Shown in pieces: positions 22,306 to 33,831 of a DNA stretch of 64,000 bases. The translations under genes were made by a program, and so were the position numbers. Each line of letters starts with the position of its first letter. Position 1 is the first letter of the stretch. The DNA is from Massalongia carnosa (Eukaryota). The notes beneath the pieces were generated by a model, which saw only the letters and a list, made by a program, of their open reading frames with translations, was not told where the DNA came from and searched no databases. Location: NCBI GenBank assembly GCA_965645245.1, contig OZ287081.1, forward strand, positions 1,674,001-1,738,000. Direction: 5' to 3'.

Positions 22306-24932
22306 CTATCTCACCAGGTCCCCCATCTCTCCCATCCCCTCTGCCCCATCTCCCTCCCCCAAATACCGCGGCGCAGGCAACGCCTCCCCCGGCCCGAGAC
22401 CAGAAGAAACCCACACGCGGCCCAACTCCCTCTCGACCTCCCCCAGCCTGCGCTCCCACGCGGGGACCATCCCCAATCTGGCTCTCAGCGCCCCGACCTC
22501 CCTCTCCACGCCCACCATCTCCTCTTCGGTGCCGATGCAGTCGAAACTCCATTCAGCCAACCCTCCCTCATAGTCGCTATCGTTGTCGTTGTCGTTGTCG
22601 TCGTCCTCTCCGCTCCCATCCCCATCGCCCTGCGCCTTCTCCCCGCCCCCCGCGGCGCCCAACCGTAGGTTGAAGACGTGGAACCGCTTCAAGCTTACGC
22701 GCGTGCTGATGGTCACGAGGGTGATGCCGCGCTCCTTGGCCCGCTCGTACAGCAGGCCCTCGACGTCCGAGCTGACGGCGCTGGTGGCCTCGTCCAGCAC
22801 GCCAAAGGCTGGTTCGTGGTACAGCAGGCGCGCGAGGGCCATGCGCTGCTTCTCGCCGCCGCTCAGCACGTCCTTCCATGCCTTGCGGGCGTCCCAGCCG
22901 CCCTCGCGCTGAGGCAGGTACGCTAGGTGCACGTCGCGCAGCACACGCTCGAGGTCGGCGTCGCGCCGGCCGGCGTCGCGCATGTCCATGGCCGTGTGCG
23001 GGTAGATGACCTGGTCGCGCAGAGTGCCGACGCTGAGGTACGGCCGTTGCGGGAGGAACATGATGCCGTCGTCGGCGGCGCCGCCGCGGGGGCGAGACAC
23101 GAGGCCGCGGTAGACGGGCCACAGCCCGGCGAGGAGGCGGGCGATGGCGGACTTGCCGGCGCCGTTGGGGCCCGAGATGAGGAGGTGGTCGCCGGGGCGG
23201 AGGACGAAGGAGAGGGAGTGGATGAGCGGGGTGCCGGAGTGGGGGAAGATGGCGGGGGCGACGACGGGGGTGTTTTCGAGGCGGATGCCGGCGTAGCCTT
23301 TGTGGATTGTGCCTTGGATGTCGGCGAGGGAGAAGGGCTCGGGGGGTTGGCCGCGCGGGGGGTAGTAGGCTGCTGCGTGCACGCGGTGGAGGGTGGAGAT
23401 GAGAGTGTAGACACGTGAGGTGTGGCCGGCGAGCTCGGAGAGGTCTTTGATGCTGTACATCATTCTGCCGCCGGCGTCGGCGAGGGAGAGCATGAGTCGC
23501 TTGTTGGTGATGAATTCTTTCATGCGGCCGTGCTCCCGAGAGGAGTTCGATCTCTTGTCGGTGGTGAGCTCCGAGGCACCTCCTAGGCCGCCCCATTCGG
23601 GGAGGAAGACTGGCAAGGATGTGACCAGGTAGCCAAATGCGGACCAGGAGTATTTCAAAACGAAATCTTCAAGCATATTGTAGCGGATCTTAATGCGATA
23701 GATGCCTTCCATCCACCCCTTCAGATCCCGGAAGCTTTTGTCTAAGAATATCTTTTCCATATCGGCCCCACCGTAGAAAGCAACCTCCTCGGCATTCGCT
23801 ATCAGTCGGGCATGTAAGCTTCGAAAGTCACCTTCGCGTCGTCCCTCCACGGCTTTGAGCTTTCCAAACGGAGGCGAGAGCCGCCGCAGCGCTGTTGCTG
23901 TGACAATGTAGTTGGCAAGAAGACCAGTCAACGCCAGGGGTCCGAGTGAGCGGAAAAGCTGATAGTTGAAAACACAGAGATCTACCAGGGGTTTACCAAG
24001 CGAAGAATACAGAGACGCCGCTGACGCCGTGAAGAGTGGCAGGTCATTGCAAATGAACTGATCCGCGCCTTGGCCAATTCCGCCATCTAGGTTCAGCACT
24101 TTATAGTAATTCAAGTTGTCGTTGAGGTATAAATCATGAATATATCGTGTCAAGCGTGTGCGAAAAGCTATAGAAACCTTGCCTTGAAGGAATTTGATGG
24201 CCGCATTTGTGTATGACGCAAAACCTTCACTCACCCATCAGTCACAACGAGATCCAAGCCTATACTACACTGTAGCTTACCGCCAATACAGCACCACTTT
24301 ACGATTCCCCAAAGAAACGCCTTCCCATTACCCGAGACAAGATCTCGAACGATCTCGCCGTCAAGTCTTGTGACCACCAACGAAAGGTATGTTCTCAACA
24401 ATAGAAACCCTCCTTGGCTCACCAGAAGACCCGATTCTTTGCTGTTCCAGTGCGGAACCATGATGCTGAGGAGGCTGAGAAACTGGTGGATAAACGCGAT
24501 GTTCAGGCCAGGCTTGGTATTGGGTGGGGGAACTTGAGAGAACAGGTGACGGTCTCCTAGGCGAGTCGCCCGCGGAGGGTTCAGAAAGAGGCGCCGATGC
24601 GCATCAAAGGTCGTCGGCTTTGTTGGATGAATTGTAACTTTCGCTGTCGAAGATCGATAGGGTACGAAGATGGTCCTCGAACCATCTTTGCCCCGTAAAC
24701 CCGAGTTTCTTCGCAACAAGCGCTGCCCGCGCGCAGTCTCCTCTGACCTTTCCTTAAACCATCTTTGCCCTCCATAGGCACTAGATATAATTGAGATTGT
24801 TAAAGCAAGAGTCGCTGCAAGGCGTGTTGTGTTTGACGTATGCTTCCATTCCGAAACAACAAGCCGCGCACATTGCTGGAGAGATTTAATGAGAGATTTC
24901 TTCGGTGGGCAAAGGGTAGACTGTGCCGCCAT
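22306..24932 (-). CDS. PXA1: Peroxisomal long-chain fatty-acid ABC half-transporter (ABCD family)
   Basis: MAAQSTL start, NAEEVAFYGG (EAA motif), Walker A GPNGAGKS, LPQRPY, signature LSGGEKQR and LDEATSAVS; one intron at about 24220-24281. Confidence 0.93.
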
Positions 24933-25209
24933 GATACATTGAAATGAGACCTCCCTCCAAATGAAGGCTGTCTCGATAATTATCTGGGAAGTTCACTGGA
25001 CATGGGTGGAGTGGATGTGGCGTTCAGCCATGACACCATTTGTTTTGGGAGGCTACTGAAGGCGTAAAGTAGGGTTCTCACGAACTCCGTACATATGCGC
25101 GAAGTTGAAAATCAATTAAGATCCGTTTGGAGTCGATGATGCAGCAGCGATGTACGGATTGCGGATCGCCATTGCAGGTACTCGGACAATTGAGACTCCC
25201 ATCCAGACA

Positions 25210-25215
25210 CCGAGG
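25210..25215. promoter_or_regulatory. Candidate FarA/FarB (CCGAGG/CCTCGG) fatty-acid response element
   Basis: CCGAGG lies about 280 bp upstream of the PXA1 ATG. A 6-mer can occur by chance. Confidence 0.4.
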
Positions 25216-25521
25216 TTAACAATGGAATTCATACCAAGTACCGGCCCGATAATCTTTCCTGGAACTAGAGATTATAAGGTTAGCTCACGGGAGATCGGCA
25301 TAGGGTTTCACCAGCCTTGTGAAAGTTAACTCCGGCATTCCCTAAACGAGAATCAAGGGTTTTTGCTGTCGTCAACCGGTTTTCTCACTTCTATGTGGAA
25401 TGCGATCTTAGTATTGGTATGATCATAAGGAAATAGCATAACGCAAGGTCCCCAGCGTTAGTATGTCTAGATTGGTCCGATTCTACTACAGCATGATCAT
25501 TGCAGACTCCTAACACATTGC

Positions 25522-26689
25522 TCAAACATCAACTTCACTTTGGATCTGAACCTTGATAGTCCCCGTCTTCGAGTCCGCCGCCATCTCAAACGCCTTGACT
25601 GCATCTTCGATATCGAACCGATGCGTCACCAGCTTGGCCAGATCGACTACTCCACTCTCTACCAGCCGAATGGCTCGCGGCCACGTGTTGCAGTAGCGAT
25701 ACTGGAATTGAAGATCGACCTCTTGTGTGCTAAGCCGCATGAACGGAATCGATATCTCCGGTTTTCCAACCCCAATCACGAACACTTTGCCACCAAACTT
25801 AACCGCCCAGATGGCGCTCGCCACGCTGCTTTCCACGCCGGTGCACTCTAGTGCCACGCTAGGTTGCTTGTCGCCGCCGAGGCGAACGATGTCTTCCGCA
25901 GCTTCCTCTGGCGTGACGCCACGCTCCACCTTGTAGGTGCGAGCGCGGGGGGAGAGTTCTTTCGCGAATTGTAGCCGCCCCTCGTCAATGTCGGTGATGA
26001 CGATGGGCTCAGCGCCAGCAGCGGCGCAGCAAAGGAGGGTTATGAGGCCAATCGGACCAGCGCCACAGATCAAGACGGGATCACCAAGACGAACACCGCT
26101 GCGTTCCATACCTGCGAGAGCGACGCTGAGAGGTTCAAGGAGTGCGCCGTTCTCGAAGCTCATGTTGCCGATCTTGTGGCACCACACCGCAGGATGGTTG
26201 ACGTAGCGGCGGAGGAGCCCATCAACAGGAGGGGTGGAAAGGAAGCGCATTTTCAGGCAGCCATTGTAGCGACCTGTGAGACACGGTTCGCAGGCGTTGC
26301 AGATGATACCGGGTTCAATTGCAACTCGATCACCAATTTTGAGGTGCGTAACCGACGGGTGGGCTGCAAGAATAACGCCGGCAGACTCGTGGCCGAGGAT
26401 GTGAGTGTCTTCGACGATCATAGGGCCAATACGGCCGGCATGCCAAAAGTGAACATCGGAGCTAGAAACCGAATTAAACCAATGGACGTTTCTAAGCTAG
26501 ACTATGGAAAGGTAATACGCACCCACAAATCCCTGTGCTCTTGATGCCAATGGTGACCTCACCCTCCTTCAGACCTTCGCCCCTCTTAACGGTCTCGAGG
26601 CTGGGCTGGGATTCGGCAACCCAGAGCTCGTGAGCCGGGTTCGTGAAGACGCCGATATTGGACTTGTTGATGGTGGACGTGGTTGACAT
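25522..26689 (-). CDS. lad1: L-arabinitol 4-dehydrogenase (zinc MDR family)
   Basis: [59 protein letters not shown] and [15 protein letters not shown]; one intron at about 26463-26521. Confidence 0.92.
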
Positions 26690-28799
26690 AACGTGATGAG
26701 AAGAAGAGGGGGAAAGCAAGGGCAAAGAAGAGGGCGGGGATCTAGATTGAGGGAATAGGTGTCAGATAGAGTTTGTAACCTACGGTGGAAGGATGGAGGG
26801 GTATAGCGCAGTCCAAGAGTCTTGCAGTGCTCAGGTGCGCCACTTGGATGAGAGCCCGCTCTGACGAGAGTTGGATGGAAACGCTTGAAATCTAGGACGG
26901 AATTAACTCGGAGAAAAATCATTCCTAGGTACAATCCTAGGAGCAAGTAAAAGTTAACCGCCCCAGCATTAGGACGAATCATTAATTATTAGAAGGAACA
27001 GTTGAAAAAGGAAGAAAGTAAGGAATCCATGATATGGTTGTCCTTGTCAAAGGCATTGTCTCATACCCTACACAACAAACCGGTAGAAGGGTGAATTAAG
27101 GTTGGATGCAGCGTTCCTAATCTCCGCCGCGGGGTATCTTGATCTTACTCGTATCCTATCATAACATACTCTGTACTTGTACGGACTCTTGGTTGTAACC
27201 AAAAGCCGCGTGCGAGGCTAGTAAGGTACTTACTTCATGGTCTGATTCTTTCCGTTTCGAAAAATACATATTACAGGTTGTTTGGTAAAGTACACATGTG
27301 ATAGGAACCCTTTTACACCCTCGGACTCCTCCAAGAGGCACTCGAGTAGAGTCCATAGGTGATCAGTACTCAGCGCCTCCATCAAAGAGTCGCTGTTGGC
27401 AATATATTTATTTGGCCTGTAGATGTTAGCCAGCAAGGTGCATATTGATATTGCATAACAAAGTCGTGAGGATATCTCTCCTAGGCATGCTCTTGAAGCC
27501 GCGCGTCAAACCGCCATATTATAAAGGTCTTGTACTTGAGAGGGTGATGGCTGTAGCTAAGACTTTTTTTCGGGCTAATCTTCTGTTGTCCCCGGCTTCG
27601 CCTGGGTTATGGTAGGTTGGATCGCTAAGCCACTAAAGTTCCGCTGACCGTCTCCTATATGAAAAAGTAAGCATGGAAGACGAGCAGTGGTTATGAACAT
27701 ACGTTCATGGAAGCTCACGAGCGAGGCTTGTAGCGGCAGACTTCCATAAACTGATTGTGAGAATGAACCACTCCTTGTCTACATAGAAAACTTAGGAATT
27801 TCTGGAAATGGAAGGCGCATGATGACACCGTTAGACTGGGGGAGAAGAGTATCTCATGTATGCATCTCTGGCAAGAAAAAAATGATCCACACCATGAGTA
27901 TTTGAAAATAGGCTCGACTTGGGCTAAAGTATGGCTCCATCCTGTCAGAGTTTTCATTGCTTCACAAAAGATCTGAGAAACTGAACAAGGCCCAAAAATT
28001 TTCGTAGTGTCTTTACGGGTGAATATTTCACGCTTCTTTACTCAGGTCACATCAACATTGATCCAGCGACCACCTTCAAACGCAGCAAAGAATCTTAGAG
28101 GGTGATTGAAGGACTCAGATCCAAGCTCGATCAGGTTGAAAAGCGCGCACGAGATACCTTCGCCTGTACCAATCGACCAATCCTAGAAAGAGCATCTATT
28201 CCAATACCTCGATCTTCCACCTAAGGATCCAACCTTTCATACGACCTTGTTAATACCTCAAGCCTCGAATAGAGTGACATAATCGGGAGAAGAGGTAAAG
28301 CCGTCAATCGAGTCTACTTGCGGGATCGATGGAGTCAGGTTTGAATGCTAGAATTTTCCACAACCGTCTCCCAAAAGCATCCTTTGAACTGAAGCTTGCC
28401 TGCTACTGCAAGACGTCCCAAGCACGCTGGCTGGAAGCTGGGCGTACTCAAAGAACGAACTCGATAGTTTCTATCTAGCCAATCTGTTTCAGATTTATGA
28501 GCTTTGGGTTGGCGGAATGCTTGTAAGCTTCAGCGCTTTCTGGATAAAATGCCGATCGATGAGGGCAGTTAGGTGTGGAGGTGAAGATGTCCTAAAGTGA
28601 CCAGAAAGATGCACATGCTGAAATGAGATCGCTATAGTTCATAGCATGCTCACAATAAGACAAAAATTAGATATGTTGGAATGAAAAGGTTCAAAGGAAG
28701 CTCTATGCATAAAATAAAAAGCGTCTGTGTTTTCTTCAAAAGACCTTTTTACCTTCTTTTCATAAGAAAACGTATACATGATATGTCGCATAATAGCGT

Positions 28800-29099
28800 G
28801 AAAGACAGGCGAAGACGTAAAACGAGCGACGAGATTTTTCAATTCCCCTACTGGGCCTGCCTAGATTTCATGTTCGTTGGATGGGGAGTTGGCGAGCAAA
28901 CCGTCGCATATAACTGACCAATAGCAAAGCCAGGACTGCTAAGCATGATGTTAGATTTCAGCGGCCACACCTAGAGAGGCTCCCAAGCGTGAGTCGCTGT
29001 ATTGGTGGTGACATTATCACCAAGTGCTGGACAGGTGGGTATAAAGGCATGGATGAGCTTTGTAGCGACGTTTGGCGTGATCTTGGTGATGGCGTTTAA
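28800..29099 (+). pseudogene. Relic C-terminus of a fungal protein-kinase-like gene
   Basis: The fragment RLPSVSRCIGGDIITKCWTGGYKGMDELCSDVWRDLGDGV* resembles kinase subdomain XI of expanded fungal kinase-like families. Upstream frames are broken. Confidence 0.4.
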
Positions 29100-29962
29100 A
29101 TAAGCTATGGTAGCACTCAACCAGATCTTCCTGAATGCACATTTTGAAAGATTTCGTAAGTCCATGGGGACTGACACAGGGATGCAAGCTATCACCTCTG
29201 GGTGAATTCTTAAACATGACGTGTTGTGATATTTCCCTCCGGCAAACTAACAGGTCAAGATGTCTTATTCTGAGCAAGCAAATTCCTGCGACTTTGCAAC
29301 CCCTTGGTTATGCTGCTACACACTCCCAAAGGGGAGAGGTGTAAAGTCCGAGAAAGCAAGTAGTCAACCATAATTTCTGGATGTTTGTTCACATTCATAA
29401 AACATATTTTCAATTAGCTGAAACGTCGACCAGAATGACCCTTCACCTCCTCCACCAATTCCTCGTCCCTTCGCCCTCCTCGCCCTCTTCCCCCCGGAAA
29501 CGATGTTTTCTGACAAGGCGAGGCTGAAATATAAAGAATGGGAAATGAAAATGTGGATGAAAGTTTTTTGTGAAATGCCGAGGCCAAAAGATCACTCCAG
29601 AGGTTGTAGCAATATCAACTAAGGGGTGTAGCAGCATAACAAAAGATTTTTCAAAAAATAACACTTCAGTGTTATCGCTTCTAAAACTTCACCAAAATTG
29701 CACGATGTTAAAAGAACAACCCCACCAAACTCAGCTTTTCAAATTGATAATTTTGATGGTTGCTTGGTGTAGGAGCTTTTTTTTTACCCCGATTGGTGAA
29801 GTTAACTAAAGGTACGAAAATGCGCGGTTACCCGGGCCGCCAACTCCTAACCATAAAAATTCGAAATTTCAGCAATGCCGCAATATTCAGATTATTTTGG
29901 CTCATTCACCAAGCGCGTCTGTTTACGAGACATTGACCTATTGAGCACTTTCTTAACTAGCC

Positions 29963-32344
29963 ATGGGGGGGCATTCGAAGAAGTCGACCAAAAAGTTCGA
30001 GAAAAATCATTTGAAGGACACAATTGAAAGGCGCAAAGAGTTTGCCAAAATCAAACAGCGCCAGCAAGTCAAGGCCAAGAAGAAAGTCAGAAATGCTATT
30101 GATAACGCCAGAGCCTCGGATGACGACGAAAAGCCCACGGCTCCGGACTTGAATCACAAAGGAGCGAGGGAGGCCGACGCCTTTGGCAAAATGAGCGTGG
30201 ATGAGTTCTTTCAAGGTGGCCTTGACCTACCAGAGAGGAAAAGGGGGGAATCGGCACTGAAAAAGAAGGCAAATGTGCAGCAGCTAGGGAAACGAAAACG
30301 TGAAGCTACTCAGAACGTAAATGTAGACGACGTGAACGGGGATTCCAGCAGTGCCAGCGAAGGTGATGTTGTTTTCAGCGACGGCGAATCGGGTTCAGGG
30401 GAAGAGATGGATTTGGATACACATAAAGAAGACCTTGATGCCTTGGCAGAAAAGGACCCGGAGTTTTATAAGTACCTGAAAGAGAACGATGCTGAGCTGT
30501 TGGATTTTGAGAAGGACGTGGACCTGGACCTGGCGGAAGTCGATCAATTGAGCGATGATGAAGAGATTCCGAAAAAGAAGCGCAAAAAAGCCGCGAACGA
30601 AAGAGAGAGGTTGGCGGAAGACTTAGAACCAGACGGCATTGGCAACGGGTCCGAGGTCACACCGGCTTTGGTGGATCAATGGAAGATTGCCATGTTCGAA
30701 CAGCACTCGCTGCGAGCTACACGCCAAGTGGTCCTGGCCTTCCGAGCTGCAGCCTACATTAACTCTGACGATGGCAAGGACAACAAGTACTTGATCTCCA
30801 ATCCTGATGTATACCATCAACTATTGCTCGTCGCGCTCGAGCATGTTCCGAAAGTGCTCGGGCATCACCTTCCCGCCAAGGAGTCTACATCGGGCAAAGT
30901 CCGCATCGCAACGGATTCGAAAAAGTACCGCACGTTGACGCCACTCCTAAAATCCCACGCAACATCAATTCAACACTTCTTGGAGAACCTTTCAGACGCC
31001 CTAACCATCAAGCTCACGATATCCTCCATACTCCCACTACTGCCATATCTCCTCTCGTTCAAAAAGGTCCTCAAGTCTCTCATCAAGACCATTGTCGACA
31101 TTTGGTCCGACCCTTCCAGCAGCGAAGCGGTGCGCATTACTGCTTTCCTCTTGATTCGCCGCTTGGCCGTAATCAGCGACGCATCCTTGCGCGAAGCCGT
31201 CTTGAAGACCGCCTACCAGGGCCTCGTTAAGGGCAGCCGCAACACAAACGCCCATACGCTCCTGGGCATCAATCTAATGAAAAACTCCGCGGCCGAGCTT
31301 TGGGGCCTGGACCCGACTGTCGGCTACGCTACAGGATTTACGTACATCCGCCAGCTAGCCGTCCACCTGCGCGCCAGCATCACGCAGCCCACCAAAGACT
31401 CTTACAAAACAATCTACAACTGGCAATACACGCACTCTCTGGACTTCTGGTCCCGCGTACTCTCTACTCACTGCTCCCGTGCCACCGTTACGAAAGCTCC
31501 CCCAAATTCCCCCCTGCAACCGTTAATCTACCCCCTCGTGCAAATCACCTTGGGCGCCCTTCGCCTTATCCCCACCCCAACTTACTTTCCCCTCCGTTTT
31601 CACCTCACCCGATCTCTCCTTCGCCTTTCCACTGCCACAAACACCTACATCCCCCTTGTACCCTCCCTCCTTGAAGTCCTCACTTCCCCTGAACTTTCCA
31701 AACCGCCCAAAGCATCGACACTAAAACCTCTTGACTTCGCCACCACCCTCAGAGCCCCCACCTCCTATCTACGCACCCGCGCCTACCAGGACGGCCTCGG
31801 CGCCCAACTCGCCGAGCTCCTGACCGAGTTCTTCGCCTGCTGGGCCAAAAACATCGCCTTCCCCGAACTCGTCATCCCGCCCACCGCGCTGCTGAAACGC
31901 TGGCTCAAAACCGCCTCCGCCGCACCCGCTCGCGGCCTTCCTTCCTCATCCGCCACCAGCACTAGCACCTTCGCGTCGGGTAAAGGTAAAGGTAATAAAA
32001 ATACCAAAGTTAACGCCGCTTTCGCGCTGCTGCTGCAGAAACTCGACGCCAACGCGCGCTGGATCGAGGAGCGCCGGCGGAGCGTGCGGTTCGCGCCGGG
32101 AGACCGTGAGGAAGTGGATACGTTTTTGAAGGATGTGCTATGGGAGGATACGCCCCTGGGAGCGTTTGTGGTGGGGGTTAGGGCGAGGAGAGAGGAGAGA
32201 GAGAGGTTGCTTGCGGAGGGGAGGAGGGGGGAAGAGGAGAAGGGGAAGGGGAATGGGAAGGGGAAGGACGAAGGAAAGCGGAGGAGGAAAGCTGATGAGG
32301 TAGAGAATGATGGGGATGGAGATGAGGATGGGGAAAGTGAATAG
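29963..32344 (+). CDS. NOC2: Nucleolar complex protein 2
   Basis: KKSTKKFEKNHLKDTIERRK, LAEKDPEFYKYLKENDAELLDF, INLMKNSAAELW, YNWQYTHSLDFWSRVL and IAFPEL. Confidence 0.95.
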   Translation: MGGHSKKSTKKFEKNHLKDTIERRKEFAKIKQRQQVKAKKKVRNAIDNARASDDDEKPTAPDLNHKGAREADAFGKMSVDEFFQGGLDLPERKRGESALKKKANVQQLGKRKREATQNVNVDDVNGDSSSASEGDVVFSDGESGSGEEMDLDTHKEDLDALAEKDPEFYKYLKENDAELLDFEKDVDLDLAEVDQLSDDEEIPKKKRKKAANERERLAEDLEPDGIGNGSEVTPALVDQWKIAMFEQHSLRATRQVVLAFRAAAYINSDDGKDNKYLISNPDVYHQLLLVALEHVPKVLGHHLPAKESTSGKVRIATDSKKYRTLTPLLKSHATSIQHFLENLSDALTIKLTISSILPLLPYLLSFKKVLKSLIKTIVDIWSDPSSSEAVRITAFLLIRRLAVISDASLREAVLKTAYQGLVKGSRNTNAHTLLGINLMKNSAAELWGLDPTVGYATGFTYIRQLAVHLRASITQPTKDSYKTIYNWQYTHSLDFWSRVLSTHCSRATVTKAPPNSPLQPLIYPLVQITLGALRLIPTPTYFPLRFHLTRSLLRLSTATNTYIPLVPSLLEVLTSPELSKPPKASTLKPLDFATTLRAPTSYLRTRAYQDGLGAQLAELLTEFFACWAKNIAFPELVIPPTALLKRWLKTASAAPARGLPSSSATSTSTFASGKGKGNKNTKVNAAFALLLQKLDANARWIEERRRSVRFAPGDREEVDTFLKDVLWEDTPLGAFVVGVRARREERERLLAEGRRGEEEKGKGNGKGKDEGKRRRKADEVENDGDGDEDGESE

Positions 32345-33831
32345 CTCATGACACGTCACGAACTGGATGGATGGATGAAAACCATAGACAACTCCCTCCC
32401 CACCTTTCCCCGTTCTCCCAGTCCCTCCCTTCTGAAAACGCACGTCTCTTGCTCGAGCATTCTCCAATCGCACGGATACATATTTATCTGCAAATCTCCT
32501 ATTCTCGCCAGCTCGTACGCGTCTATACTCGTTCATTAATTCGTTCGTTCGTTGAAGATTTTAAACCCCCCTTTTCCCCAAAAAACCCGAGTTACGGCGG
32601 CTATTGCTCTTGCTCTTCTTCCAAAATAAGTGTCTGACTGGCTGAACTTAACGTATTGATTGGAAGATTGTCGAGATTGTGTTACTTATCTATTCTCTCT
32701 CTCTCTCTCTACACTCTGTTATCACTTTACATATCATCATCGCTCGTCTGAAGGAAAAAACTCCCCCATACTCTGGGCATCCCCCTTATTCCCCCTATCC
32801 TCTACTCCTTTTCCTATTTTCTTCTTCCCTGTTCCCCACTCCCCATTCCGCCCCCACCGCCCGCCCGCACGCATCCATCAGGAACTTCATCATCCCAACC
32901 AATCCTCTCTCCCCTCCGTTCCTTTCTTCTATCCTCACTTGCTCGCTCGCTCACCTGCATAATTTGGCCGCTTACGCGGGAGTTTGGGGACTGGGAAACC
33001 TGGAGTTCGGGCATAAGAGGTCCGAAGCGCGAAGGATTGGTTTGCTTGCCTCGCCTTGGTTGATCGTAGGGAGGAACTTATAGAACGCCGCGTGACTTGT
33101 TTTAATTTTCGTGCATGAAGGCCAAGGGGTATAGGTGTAGGGGAGGGGGAGGGGAGGGGAGAAGGGGTAAGGATTTTCAGCATAGCGACGCACAGCACTA
33201 CGTACACGGCACCCGCGAGCAACAGGAATCGGGTTGTGGGAAGGGGGGGAGGGGGGGGGGGCGACTGACCTGTATACATGCCCCCACTTGCCATCTTCTA
33301 CCGAATGCTATGCTAGTTCTATGCCTTCTCAACCCTGCGCATCTAATGTACAAGAACCTCTCCGCTCCGATCCTCTTCCTTCTCTCCCAATCTAGGTAGG
33401 TAGCAAAATCTACCGACAAAAAATGGCCTCCACTGTCCCGTTGACGCACATATGTACAAGAGCACACCACCACCAGACCAGCCGCCCATCAGTGCCCTGA
33501 ACGCACGGAGGCGCAAGGAAACAATAAACATGGAGGGAGGGGGGAAGGATGTAGGAGATGCATGACATCCGTTCCAAACCCCGGCCAAGGTTGTTGTGAA
33601 CACGAGGAGCGGAAAAACCACAGGATGGAATGATTAATGAGGGGACCTAAGTAGGAGGTCTTTTCGTAAGGGGGGAATCATCAGTAAGACAACTTCGAAA
33701 ATGAACGCAGACGAAAAGGAATATCGGAACGAACGAGAGCGCTGGTTTGTTGCTGATGCTGGAGAAAAATACGCTTGCTAGAATAACATCGATGTTTGTG
33801 CTTTGGGCCACCTGAAGAAGCAAGGAAAGGG

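Noticed and set aside
22577..23596. Long Arg/Pro-rich overlapping ORFs in PXA1 (similar ones in NOC2, DUS3 and nimA)
   Set aside because: They are by-products of locally very high GC, which depletes stop codons.
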